A stretch of DNA of 64,000 nt from the human T2T-CHM13v2.0 reference genome, Homo sapiens (GCF_009914755.1 NC_060928.1); one strand, 5' to 3'; shown: positions 29,126-42,739, counted from the first letter of the stretch. A program made the numbers and translations. The notes: generated from the letters alone by a model not told the origin.

Positions 29126-29495
29126 TTAATAACAAGATGCATTGGAAAGCAGAATACACAGAGGGCCCTATTAATATCAAGTGCTTAATAAATGTTGCCT
29201 ATAACAGCAACTTGAGTTTATGCCTCAAATCCTGTTTGAGGTTGAAGGATAAGAAAATATAAAGTATCTTCGTAAAACAACATAGCTGATTCTGATGGCT
29301 TTTTTGGGACTTTCCATTTTATAGTTCTTTGGTAAAGTTAATTTTTCCCCTTATATATTTTGCTGGCAAGAACATTTGAATGATGATTACAAAATAGTTG
29401 TATAATGACAGGCATATTAGCGGTCTTCAAATATGTGAGTTGGCCATAGCCTTTTGATTTAGTAGACCAATTTTGAACTAATTACAAAAATAATT

Positions 29496-29780
29496 GCCTG
29501 GGCACAGTGGCTCACGCCTGTAATCCCAGCACTTTGGGAGGCCGAAGTGTGTGGATCACCTGAGGTCAGGAGTTCGAGACGAGTCTGATCAACATGCTGA
29601 AACCCCATCTCTACTAAGCCAGGCATGGTGGCAGGCGCCTGTAATCCCAGCTATTTGAGGGGCCTAAGGTAGGAGAATCGTTTGAACTCAGGAGGCAGAG
29701 ATCACAGTGAGCCAAGATCGCGCCACTGCACTCCAGCCTGGGTGACAGAAAGAGACTCCATCTAAAATAATAATAATAAT
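29496..29780 (+). mobile_element. AluS with deleted central A-rich linker and (TAA)n tail
   Basis: 'ctctactaa|gccaggcatgg' lacks AAATACAAAAATT; TSD-like AATAATT on both sides. Confidence 0.95.
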
Positions 29781-31664
29781 TATTTAGTTTCACTGTAATT
29801 ATTAGAAGCTTTGTGTATGTATACTCAGAAAGAAATTCGAGAAATAAAAGAATCGTGGAGAAATAGTGTTTTACACCCATTTTTTTTTTCAACTCCAAAT
29901 AGGAGGTATTTTGTGATCCCAAATAATGATGACTAGATAATCTCTGGGGAGAGGTTGTGGCTTATGTGTCCTAATGGCAGGGTTGGGGGTGGCCTGCTGT
30001 TTCTGTCTCAAAGGCCAAATTCACTCAGTTGCTGCTTGTCATATAGGGATTAGCATTCAGTTCTGAGGACAGTGTAACTTGTAATGTTGTCACTTTCTGT
30101 TTGGGTAAAGCTCAATCGCACCTCAACCTTGGATCTCTTTGACTTTTTGCTGTTATTTAGATTCATTCAAAGCCTGAGTGGGCATAGAGTTTTCTCTTAC
30201 GCAGGTCTTGCTATAACGCACTCTGTTTTTCTAAATAGATTCCTTAGCTGCCTCCTCAAGCTGACACTTACAGAGTTCATCCACATCAAAGAGGAATCAA
30301 AGAGCTGTCACTTGGGTTGGTTTAGAGCGGTTTGAAAGAAGGACTTTTCACATTCTTAGATGGAAAGTCAGGATTGGTGGCAATACATGAATACCCAACA
30401 AACTGTGGAACGCATTTTCTGTTCACTGAAATGAAACTCCAGGGAAAGACATCGGATGTAGATATTTGACCGTTTGTTTCTCCACTCATCTTCTTTTTTT
30501 TCTTTTCCTCATAATTTCCTTGGACAAAAGAAGACTTATTTTAGTTACCCTGTTTTGTAAAGTAACGATTATTATGGCCTCATTTTCTCAATAATAAAGG
30601 GTGCTTTCTCTCTTTTAAGAGACTACTGAATTATCTGAGTCTTCAAGGCTTAGTCTTTGCTATACTTCTGTAAAAGCATCTGAGAAGTCCTTTCTCAAAA
30701 CAACTGGTTTGTAAGGAATTTTCTTCCTGCAAAATTCGATTTTACTTAACAGGCCAAATATTAATAGGCTTACATTATTTCTTTAAAAGTTCTAATATTA
30801 ACCCACAGGTCTTTGAATAAGGTAAAAATCAGATATTCATAAAGGTAATCATAAAGACAAAAGAGATAATTGCATTCATATTTGTCTAAATTATGGCATT
30901 CATACGAAACAAAAAATTACAAGGAATAGGGAAATCAATTTGGTACAAATATTAAGTTACTCTCAAGACTAAGGAAAAGATATGAGAAAAATAAACAGAT
31001 CTTGAAAGATATTTCAATGTGCCTTAACATTTTTGTATTTACACTATAAATACAGTTTACCATACATGAATTATGCTGGGTTTGCATATAACTTTAATTT
31101 CTGAAGTTCAGGAGGCTTAATATGAATCTGCCATGAGTACATCGTATAGCCTGTTTTGGTTGACAACATTTAAATCCAAAAGTTCTTGTCTGTTTATTCT
31201 TCTCAACCTCGAATTGTCCACTGCACACCTGGTACACAATCTATCCCTTGCCCCTGCTTTTGTCTAATTTAGTGAGGAGCAAGGTCCATGTAAAAAATGT
31301 TGCACAGTCAGCACTTAGAGAAGGAAGCAAAATTTGTATCATTGGCTCTGCTGGTAGATAAGCTGTAAGAAAAGATTGCGGTTATTAAAATAAGATAGTG
31401 AGTGTTAGATGCCTTTGCCAAGAGGTTTATTATAATGGGATATGGATCTTGTTAATTAACTCAGTAAAAATACTAAATCTAGAAGGTCCTCTCTGGAAAG
31501 TATAGAAGAGACAATTTATGTGCTCTAAAAAGTGTTACAAAATCAGCAGCTTTTTCCTCAAAAATGCAAAGTGCCTACTATGTGCCATGCACTCTACTTG
31601 TAGGCGGAATAAATTGGATGTTTGCTTGACAGATGTTCAGTGATTCCCAAGAAGTTGAATATTA

Positions 31665-32022
31665 CCACTGGCTCACATTCTGTTATCAGAAATCCTTGGG
31701 CCAGATGGACATCTGGAATCAGAACTTTTAAGATTTCAGATAGGCAATAAGTTTCTTATATCAGATTCTACATACCAGTGCCAGTAGGATCTGTGACAAC
31801 CTTGTAATCAAATGTGTTTTTATTTATGTGATATAACATGCAAATAGTCAAGCTAAGTAGGATTAAATAAAGACTATAAAGCCTTATATCATATCAGCAT
31901 GGGTTTTGTTACCAGATTTGGTTAGGTTAGGTTTTGTTGCTGATAGATGAGTTGCAAAAACACTATTAGATTTCAGAACTTTTAGATCTTGGAATTGCAC
32001 ATAAGAAATTGTGAATCTTATA
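31665..32022. mobile_element. Old TcMar-Tigger-like non-autonomous DNA transposon
   Basis: Degenerate terminal inverted repeats ('ctcacattctgttatcagaaatcc' and 'ggaattgcacataagaaattgtgaat') near TA dinucleotides. Confidence 0.55.
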
Positions 32023-32152
32023 ATCCTAATCAGGCTGTACTAAAGTGAACAATACTGATAGAAAGTTTTCATTTATGCCGAAGTTGTGCAAGCATATTTG
32101 GAGCAATTCAACTCAACAAAGGGGAGATTTAGTAATATCATGAACTAACCAG

Positions 32153-32417
32153 ATTGTCTTTGTGCTGCTACAACATGTATACAAAACAGAAAGTTATTTT
32201 CTCACAGTTCTGGACAGTAGGAAGTCCAAGATCAAGGTGCTGGCATCTGGTGAGGTCCAGTCTCTGCTTTCAAGGTGGTGCTTTGCAAGCTGCGTCTTCT
32301 GGAGGGAGGAAGGCTGTGTAAAGGCTCTTTTATAAAGACCTCTGAAAAGTCCCATTTCTTAATACTGTCACATTGATAACACCCAAATTTTGAAGGGGAC
32401 ACATTTAAAATATAGCA
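32153..32417 (-). mobile_element. MST-type MaLR LTR, internally deleted
   Basis: 'ttctcacagttctgga...gaagtccaagatcaaggtgctggcatctggtgagg...ggggacacatttaaaatatagca'. Confidence 0.8.
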
Positions 32418-32499
32418 TAATTATATCAGAATTTTTGGCCTCAGTTTTATCTGTGTAGCTTTGTATATCATGATAATATATACTTATAATCTTAGCAAG

Positions 32500-33275
32500 T
32501 TGTCAGATAAACTATTTACTCTTGATCTTCCCTCAAAACCGTTGTTATTATCTAACATTCCCATTGCTGTTCATAGCACCTTCACCCAGCTATTCCTTAA
32601 TCAGGAAATAAAACATTGATATTCGGTTTTCCCTCATTGTGTGTCAATTTTGAATTCATTATCCATTTTTTATTTTGATCCCAAAGTAGATCTCAAATAC
32701 ACTTCACACAGAAGTGTTTCTTTACAAGCACTGTTCATATTATGTCAGTCCATTGCTTCATACACATCAATGGCTCTCCACTGTACATAGAATAAAAACC
32801 AAAATTCTTCACAAGAATAAAATTTTCTGGGTGATTTGGCCCCTTCCTGTCTCTCTGACACTATTTTACACCATTCTCTTCTATCTGCTATTTATTACTG
32901 GAAAACTGAAAATTATTCCTTTTTTTGGCATTTATATATATTGTGTCCTAAGCCTGGAGTGCTTTTCATCCCCAGCTCCTTGTCTATTTCCTGCTCATCT
33001 TTCTTTATATGGTACTGACATTTCCTGGATCTAAGGCAGGTCTCCACTCTTATTATTTTTCATAGTACCCTGGTCTTTCCCTTCAACTGATCACAATTTG
33101 ATTATATACTTATTTCTGTGTTTTTGGTTAATGCCTATCTCCTCTATTAGACATTAAGGTCTACACTGGCGTGGTAATAAGTATAAAAATTTTGGACCAA
33201 TTTTTTATACTTAGTGTTTGGCAGAGAACCTGACATAGGATAGAAGCTCGAAACTGCTAGATAAATGAATGCATG
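32500..33275 (+). mobile_element. L2 fragment
   Basis: 'catcaatggctctccactgtacatagaataaaaacc' and 3' end 'agaacctgacataggatagaagctc...ataaatgaatgcatga'. Confidence 0.7.
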
Positions 33276-33299
33276 AGAAAGTGAACAACTTAATCGGTA

Positions 33300-33500
33300 G
33301 TGACTAATAGCTAACAAAGCAGTCTCACATTCATTATCACATTTAATCTCAAATCAACCATGTGAGGTGAGCAGGAGAGGTATTATTAGCGCAAGGCTAT
33401 CAATAAATAGTACGAGCTTAAAAAATAAAATGACTTGATGAGAATCACGTAAGAGTAAGAATAATGTCTTGGATTTTTGATTCTTAGCACATCCTTTTAA
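33300..33500 (-). mobile_element. MIR
   Basis: 'tcacattcattatcacatttaatctc...aaccatgtgaggt...aatgacttg'. Confidence 0.6.
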
Positions 33501-34651
33501 AATTTATTTTCCTCAAACTACTGTATACTATTTCATTATCAGTCTTTGAAAATGAAAGTAGATTTGGAAATCATGCTTATAGATTTCAATAGCAAAAATT
33601 TGTGTGACAGACTTGTAGGTTGTGGAATAAATTCCTGGCATGAATATTGCTCCTGATGGTTTCCTTTACGAATTGGATTTCACATTTCAGGATAAGGAGA
33701 TACAACAAGGGTAACTTATCTGGTGACTCAGAAACACATTTATAAAATGGTGAAAGAGTACACTAAGATAAACCTAACTTTGCATTCAAAGATATGCCAA
33801 AGGAAACCAAGTTAAGGGAATAAACATCTGCCTATCATTAACAAAGGGAAGAGTATCTGATACTAGACAGAGAAATAAAAGCATTTTCTCATGATTTGCA
33901 TAAGAAATCTTATTGAAGCCTTTTTTTGTTGATTAAGAATTCTTTAGGTCTCATGTATACTATCATAAGTCCTTGTAGATGCAAATAAAGGCCATTCAAT
34001 TGTTCAAAAATCATTTTGAATGAGGACATAAACAAAGTGGTAATTTCAATGAAGAAGGCTGTTTGAGGAGACTGATCCCTTCTTGACCTTGTCTCTTATC
34101 TATAAAATGAAAGGGCTTTGCTAGATGTTTCATAATGTAATTTCAATCCCTAATATTATTTGATATGGATTCTAAAATCGGGAAGGAGGTGCTCTAATTG
34201 TGAAGTCCTTCATATAAAATGTGTAAAGCAGAGTGATCTATTTCTCAACTGCATATTCTGTTTTAAAAAATAGTATCTAACAGATATGTTAAGTGAAGAT
34301 AAAGTTTCCTTAAAGATTTTGACAATTCTGGAAACCGGGTCAGGCCACCTCCACACTGTTGTGTCACCAAACAACATGTCTCAGAGTTTCTAGTCAAATC
34401 CACTGTGTACCAGAAGTGGATTGATTATAAGAGATTCATGGTCAAAGGCAAGGCAGGGCAGCTATTACCAAGAAAAGCTGTTACAGTACATTTCCATATA
34501 TATACAGTCCCATTTAGGAAATATGGAAATTAGTCTTCCAGGAATATGTCTATGAACTCCTACATGGAAGTCAAGCCTGATTATAGAATGACTCTAGGCA
34601 CATGTAGCAGATTGTGAAATCTATTTGTTCATCATTCCCACAGGAGAGGAC

Positions 34652-34830
34652 TATGGCATAATGGTTTAGCCCATTAAGAGCCTCTGTGCTGAAACCGCAG
34701 AGCCTGGGTGTGAATCCTGGCTTTGGCACTTGTTTGTGACCTTGGGAAGGCACTATCCTGTCTATGCTACAGTCTATAAAGTTATAGAAGTATTTCTTTC
34801 TATAAATTACACAATGAATGTAAATGCTTA
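34652..34830 (+). mobile_element. MIR
   Basis: 'gcctgggtgtgaatcctggctttggcacttgtttgtgaccttggg'. Confidence 0.7.
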
Positions 34831-34920
34831 TACTCCAAAATATTACCTTTTGCCACATAGGTTAATTCTTATTTAAGAAAATTATTTATATTTCCATACA
34901 AACTACGCACACTCCCAAGT

Positions 34921-36351
34921 TGTGTCCGGAATTGGTGCGTTCTTGGCCTCACTGACTTCAAGAATGAAGCCGCGGACCCTCGCGGTGAGTGTTACAGCTC
35001 TTAAGGTAGGGCGTCTGGAGTTTGTTCCTTCTGATGTTCGGATGTGTTGGGAGTTTCTTCCTTCTGGTGGGTTCGCGGTCTCGCTGGCTCAGGAGTGAAG
35101 CTGCAGACCTTCACGGTGAGTGTTACAGCTCTTAAGGCAGCGCGTCTGGAGTTGTTTATGCCTCCCAGTGGGCTCGTGGTCTCACTGGCTTCAGGAGTGA
35201 AGCTGCAGACCTTCGCGGTGAGTGTTACAGCTCATAAAAGCAGCATGGACCCAAAGAGTGAGCAGTAGCAGGATTTATTGCAAAGAGCGAAAGAACAAAG
35301 CTTCCACAGTGTCGAAGGGGACCCGAGCGGGTTGCCACTGCTGGCTCGGGCAGCTGCTTTTATTCTCTTATCCGGCCCCACCCCAGTCCTGCTGATTGGT
35401 AGAGCCGAGTGGTCTGTTTTGACAGGGCGCTGATTGGTGCGTTTACAATCCCTGAGCTAGACACAAAGGTTCTCCAGGTCCCCACCACATTAGTTAGATA
35501 CAAAGTATAGACACAAAGGTTCTCCAAGGCCCCACCAGAGTAGCTAGATACAGAGCATGGATTGGTGCACTCACAAACCCTGAGCTAGACACAGGGTGCT
35601 GATTGGTTTGTTTACAAATCTTGAGCTAGAGAGAGAGTGCCGATTGGTATATTTACAATCCCTGAGCTAGACATAAAGGTTCTCCAAGGCCCCACCAGAC
35701 TCAGGAGCCCAGCTGGCTTCACCCAGTGGATCCCGCACCGGGGCTGCAGGTGGAGCTGCCTGCCAGTCCGGCACCGTGCACCTGCACTCCTCAGCCCTTG
35801 GGTGGTCGATGGGACTGGGCTCCGTGGAGCAGGGGGTGGCGCTCGTCAAGGAGGCTCGGGCTGCACAGGGGCCCACGGAGAGGGTGGGAAGCTCAGGCAT
35901 GGCGGGCTGCAGGTCCCGGAGCCCTGCCCCACGGGAAGGCAGCTAAGGCCTCGCGAGAAATCGAGCGCAGCGCCCGTGGGCTGGCACTGCTGGGGGACCC
36001 AGTACACCCTCCGCAGCTGCTGGCCCAGGTGCTAAGCCCCTCATTGCCCGGGGCCGGCAGGGCCAGCCGGCTGCTCCCGAGGGCAGGGCCCGCCAAGCCC
36101 ACGCCCACCCAGAACTCCAGCTGGCCCCCAAGCGCCGCACGCAGCCCCAGTTCCTGCTCGCGCCTCTCCCTCCACACCTCCCTGCAAGCTGAGGGAGTGG
36201 GCTCCGGCCTTGGCCAGCCCACAAAGGGGCTCCCATAGTGCAGCGGTGGGCTGAAGGGCTCCTCAAGTGCCACCAAAGTGGGAGCCCAGGCAGAGGAGGT
36301 GCCGAGAGCGAGTGAGGGCTGTGAGGACTGCCAGCACGCTGTCACCTCTCA
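34921..36351 (-). mobile_element. LTR12C (ERV9/HERV9) solo LTR, full length
   Basis: Minus strand starts TGAGAGGTGACAGCGTGCTGG and ends ATTCCGGACACA; 4-bp TSD AAGT at 34917-34920 and 36352-36355; GC/CpG-rich; tandem CCAAT-containing U3 subrepeats. Confidence 0.97.
35330..35700 (-). promoter_or_regulatory. LTR12C U3 enhancer/promoter (NF-Y boxes, GATA site, AATAAA TATA-like box)
   Basis: ATTGG at 35395, 35433, 35561, 35602 and 35643; GATAAG(-) at 35367-35372; AATAAA(-) at 35359-35364; architecture matches known ERV9 LTR promoters. Confidence 0.7.
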
Positions 36352-36517
36352 AAGTGACAGATAACATAAAAAAGCAAATTTATATTTATTATTAACACTG
36401 TTACTAAGAAATACTTAATTTAAGCATTATTTTAAATTGACCTGATTAGTAATGGATAACACATTTATTTTGAAATAATAAAGAACTACCTTAATTGCAT
36501 AACAACCTCCTTCTCTC

Positions 36518-36541
36518 CTTTTTTTTTTTTTTTTTTTTTTT
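36518..36541. repeat. poly(T) tract
   Basis: About 24 T. Confidence 0.9.
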
Positions 36542-37764
36542 GTCATTTTGGTTGCTTCAGTTTCATTCTTATACATCATATAAAGAGTTTCTTTCACCTG
36601 TGCCCAGGCTTTTTGGGGGCTGCTCTTTATGATCACATGATTATCCCTGGCTGCAAAGCTCCCAGATTGCAGAGCAACAAACAGTGCGGTGATTGTTCAT
36701 AATTGTAAATCCACCCACACTTCTACCATTTTTGTTCATTGTTAAGTATTCATATTTTTGTACTCGGCTGGAGAGCATCATGTACATTAATTGTCACTGA
36801 GGTTGCTACTGGCTACCACTTTTATTTTGGAAAAGTATTTAAGGCAAAAACATATAAATTCTAATGCAGCATTTCAGTTATTTGAAGTCTTTATATGCAG
36901 TCCTTTTAGAGAAAGTTAGAGAAAGCGTGCACAGGCATTGGTCTTGATTATCTGGATATAATTAGAAGCTTATTGCAGAGGAGATAATATGAGAATTAGC
37001 ATCTTACATCAGGCACAGAGTGGGGTGTTTTGTGAAGAAATGAAGAGAGAGAAAAACAGGTATAAACATTTTTAAAAGATGTTCCAAATTTAAGTAATTT
37101 GCAATGAAAAACAAAGGAATGCAGCCTGTTTAGTGCTCTTTGGGAATTATTAATTTTATGATCAATAATTTGACTTGATATGTTAGAAAACATTGATGTG
37201 GATATTTGTGTCTTGCAACCTATAAATTGGATAACTAATTTTGGGAATGACCTAGAAGTATGCAAAGACATCTAACAGAAGGACCAGACCCTGCATCACA
37301 TTCTTACCATTTATGCTTCTTGGGGTATTAGCGTTTCCCTAGGATGTATCAGAGAACCCAGGATCTGGAAATCGCTCAAATCATCCAATTGGTTTCTTAA
37401 GATTCCTTCTTGGATACTCACAATGTATATAAACATATTTAAGAATTGGGAGAATTACTACAGTAAAAATTCCTTTTCAATTGTATTTAACCTATTATTT
37501 CCCAAATTTGTATGGTTATAGAACCTTACTTTTTGGATTTATAATACCTATGAAAATTGAGGACACAAATATAAGAAACTCTAGGTTAAGTATGGACTAC
37601 AGAAGGGAGCTATTCAGTTGCAAATCTTAATGTGGTAGTTAACTCTCAAGACCAATCAAGTTTATAATATTAACACTTAACCTGTCATTGTGAATTCATT
37701 TTCAGGTTATAGGGCCTCTCAGTTGCCAGAGGTCAGTATCCTAATGGAATGGGGATAATAACGA

Positions 37765-37990
37765 TTATACTAATAGCTATTATATTGAAAAGTTACTATA
37801 TGTCTGGCAATATGCAAGCTATTAAGTATGTTTAATTGTATTTAAAGATCATAAAACAACTATAAGGGATACAGATATAATTATCTCTGTCTTAAAATAA
37901 GAAGAGATTTAAAAATGTTAAGCAATTTGAAAAAGCCATACAATTAATTAAAGCAGATCTGAGATTCTGATCCATATTTTCTGCTTCTTA
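37765..37990 (-). mobile_element. MIR
   Basis: 'taatagctat...ttactatatgtctggcaat...gttaagcaatttg...ctgagattctgatcc'. Confidence 0.6.
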
Positions 37991-38459
37991 ATTATCTAGG
38001 AGAGGGTATGGAGAGCAGGAGGTGAGGAGTTTCTGTGCAGTTAAGTAATGTGGTCATAGTGGAAGATCACTGGATTCCTAGGAAGTGTGGTCAACCAAGG
38101 CCTGAAAGTGGGGGAGGGCACGTATATTTGGCTTGATTCATAGCTTGTTCATCCTAATACCAATTAGCAAACTACAGAATCATGGAGTTCAAATAATTTT
38201 CTAAACTTATTGATATTTTTTGATAAATTGACTTGTAAATCCATTACATGGATAGATTTTTCTGAGGGACCCCTCCAAACACATACTTTTTCAATAATTC
38301 AACAGATGATACTATACATTAATCTTGTGACTAAATAATGAATTTTGCCTCAATGATAATTGGTTTATAATCAAGAAAACAATTTTCCCAGTAGAAAAAG
38401 TGCAGTTGTTATTCTTATTTATGTGCATCTCTAAATCTCTTTTAAAAATTACTGAGCTT

Positions 38460-39071
<612 letters not shown>

Positions 39072-39372
39072 TTAAAAAAATTTACTGAGCTAAGCTTGTA
39101 ATAATAGTTACTAATGAGTTAATGAAATAAATGAGAGCTGACTTTTTCTTTTTTTTTTTTTTAATTTTAAGTTCTGGGAAACAGATGCAGAATGTGCAGG
39201 TTTGTTGCATAGGTATACATGTGCCATGGTGGTTTGCTGCACCTGTCAACCCGTCATCTAGGTTTTAAGCCCTGCACGCATTAGATATTTGTCCAAATGC
39301 TCTCCCTCCCCTTGCCCTCAACCCCCCGACAGGCCCTGGTGTGTGACATTCCCCTCCCTGTGTTCTCATTGT

Positions 39373-42300
39373 TCAACTCTGACTTATGAGTGAGAACATG
39401 CGGTGTTTGGTTTTCTGTTCCTGTCTTAGTTTGCTGAGAATGATGGTTTCCAGCTTCATCCATGTCCCTGCAAAAGACATTAACTCATTTTTTTTTATGG
39501 CTGCATAGTATTCCATGGTGTATATGTACCACATTTTCTTTATCCAGTTTATCATTGATGAGCATTTGGGTTGGTTCCAAGTCTTTGCTATTGTGAACAG
39601 TGCTGCAGTAAACATATGTGTGCATGTGTCTTTATAGTAGAATGATTTATAATCCTTTGGGTACATACCCGGTAATGGGATTGCTGGGTCAAATGGTATT
39701 TCTGGTTCTAGATCCTTGAGGAATCGGCACACTGTCTTCCACAATGTTTGAACTAATTTACACTCCCACCAACAGTGTAAAAGTGTTCCTATTTCTCTAC
39801 AGTCTTGCCAGCATCTATTGTTTCCTGACTTTTTAATGATTGCCATTCTAACTGGCGTGAGATGATATCTCATTATGGTTTTGATTTGCATTTCTCTAAT
39901 GACCAGTGATGATGAGCTTTTTTTCATACATTCGTTGACCACATAAATGTCTTCTTTTGAGAAGTGTCTGTTCATATCCTTCACCCACTTTTTGAATGGG
40001 GTTGTTTTTTTCTTGTAAATTTGTTTAAGTTCTTTGTAGACTCTGGATATTAGACCTTTGTCAGAAGGATACATTGCAAAAGTTTTCTCCCATTCTGTAG
40101 GTTGCTTGTTCATCCTGATGATAGTTTCTTTTGCTGCCCAGAAGCTCTTTAGTTTAATTAGATCCCATTTGTCAGTTTTGGCTTTTGTTGCCATTGCTTT
40201 TGGTGTTTTAGTCATAAAGACTTTGCCCACGCCTATGTCTTGAATGGTATTGCCTAGGTTTTCTTCTAGCGTTTTTATGGTTTTAGATTTTACGTTTAAG
40301 TCTTTAATCCATCTTGAATTATTTTTTGTATAAGGTATAAGGAAGGGGCCCAGTTTCTGTTTTCTGCATATGGCTAGCTAGTTTTCTCAGCACCATTTAT
40401 TAAATAGGAAATCCATTCCCGATTGCTTTTGTCCAAGTTTTTCAAAGATCAGATGGGTGTAGATGTGTGGTGTTATTGCTGAGTCCTCTGTTCTGTTTCA
40501 TTGGTCTATATGTCTGTTTTGGTACAAGTACCATGCTGTTTTGGTTACTGTAGCCTTGTATTATAGTTTGAAGTCAGTCAGCATGATGCCTTCAGCTTTG
40601 TTCTTTTTGCTTTGGATTATCTTGGCTATACAGGCTCTTTTTTGGTTCTATATGAAGTTTAAAATAGTATTTTCTAATTGTGTGAAGAAAGTTAATGGTA
40701 GTTTAATGGGAGTAGCATTGAATCTGTAAATTAGTTTGGGCAGTATGGGCATTTTTACAATATTGATTTGTCCTATCCATGAGCATGGAATTTTTTTCCT
40801 TTTGTTTGTGTCCTTCCTTATTTCCTTGAGCAGTGGTTTGTAGTTCTCCTTGAAGAGGTCCTTCACGTCCCTTGTTAGTTGTATTCCTACGTATGTTATT
40901 CTCTTTTTAGCAGTTGTGAATAGGAGTTCACTCAAGACTTGGTGCTCTGTTTGTCCATTATTTGTGTATAAGAATGCTTGTGAATTTTGCACATTGATTT
41001 TGTATCCTGAGACTTTGCTGAAGTTGCTTATCAGCTTAATGAGTTTTGGGGCTGAGATGATGCAGTTTTCTAAATATACAATCATGTCATCTGCAAACAG
41101 AGACAATTTGACTTCCTCTCTTCCTATTTGAATACCCTTTATTTCTTTCTCTTGCCTGATTGCCCTGGTCAGAATTTCCAATACTATGTTGAATAGGATT
41201 GAGGAGATAGGGCATCCTTGTTTTGTGCCGGTTTTCAAAGGGAATGCTTCCAGCTTTTTCCCATTCAGTATGATATTGGCTATGGGATTGTCATAAATAC
41301 CTCTTATTATTTTGAGATATGTTCCATCAATACCTAGGTTATTGAGAGTTTTTAGCATGAAGAGGTGTTAAATTTTATCAAAGGCCTTTTCTGCAACTAT
41401 TGAGATAATCAAGTGGTTTTTGTCATTGGTTCTGTTTATGTGATGGATTACGTTTATTGATTTGTGTATGTTGAACCAGCCTTGCATCCCAGGGATGAAG
41501 CCAACTTGATCGTGGTGGATAACCTTTTTAATGTGCTGCTGGATTTGGTTTGCCAGTAGTTTATTGAGGATTTTCGCATTGATGTTCATCAGGGATATTG
41601 GCCTGAAATTTTCTATTTTTCTTGTGTCTCTGGTATGTTTTGGTATCAGGATGATTCTGGCCTCCTAAAATGAGTTAGGGAAGAGTCTTTCTTTTTAATT
41701 TTTTGGAATACTTTCAGAAGGAATGGTACCAGCTCCTCATTGTACCTCTGGTAGAATTCGGCTGTGAATCCATCTGGTCCTGGGCTTTTTTTGGTTCGTT
41801 GACTATTAATTACTGCCTCAATTTCAGAACTTGTTATTGGTCTGTTCAGGAATTCAAATTCTTCCTGTTGTAGTCTTGGGAGAGTGTATGTGTCCAGGAA
41901 TTCATCCATTTCTTCTAGATTTTCTAGTTTATTTGTGTAGAGGTGTTTATAGTATTCTCTGTTGGTAGTTTTTATTGTGCCTATTTGATTCTTCTCTCTT
42001 TTCTTCTTTATTAGCTGGCTAGCGGTCTATGTATTTTGTTCATCTTTTCAAAAAACCAGCTCCTGGATTCATTGATATTTTGAAGGGTTTTTTGTGTCTC
42101 TATCTCCTTCAATTCTGCTCTGATTATAGTTATTTCTTGCCTTCTAGCTTTTTAATTTGTTTGCTCTTGCTTCTCTAGCTATTTTAATTGTGATTTTAGA
42201 GTGTCAATTTCATATCTTTCATATTTGTTTAATATTGACAGTGGGGTGTTAAAGTCTCCCACTATAATTGTGTGGGAGTCTAAGTCTCTTTTTAGGTCTC

Positions 42301-42676
42301 TAAGAACTTGCTTTATGAATCTGGGTGCTCCTGTATTGGGTGCATATATATTTACCATAGTTAGGTCTTCTTGGTTCATTGATCCCTTTACCACTGTGTA
42401 ATGCCCTTCTTTGTCTTTTTTGATCTCTGTTGGTTTAAAGTCTGTTTTATCAGAGACTAGGATTGCAACCTGCTTTCCATGTGCTTGGTAAACATTCCTC
42501 CATCCCTTTATTTTGAGCCTATGTGTGTCTTTCCACATGAGATGGGTCTCCTGAATACAGCACACCAATGCGTCTTGACTCTTTATCTAATTTGCCAGTC
42601 TGTGTCTTTTAATTGGGGCATTTAGCCCATTTACATTTAAGGTTAATATTGTTATGTGTCAATCTGATCTTGTTAT
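39373..42676 (-). pseudogene. L1 ORF2 (endonuclease/reverse transcriptase), disrupted
   Basis: Fragmented into ORFs 42179-42568, 41646-41909, 41368-41589, 40648-41358 and 39373-40230; start codon appears mutated (ATA); internal deletions. Confidence 0.92.
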
Positions 42677-42739
42677 CACGATGCTAGCTGGTTATTTTGC
42701 ATATTAGTTAATGCAGTTTCTCCACAGTGTCATTGGTCT

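Noticed and set aside
35044-36345. Long overlapping GC-rich ORFs (up to 170 aa)
   Set aside because: Entirely inside LTR12C; high GC content reduces stop codons; no recognisable protein.
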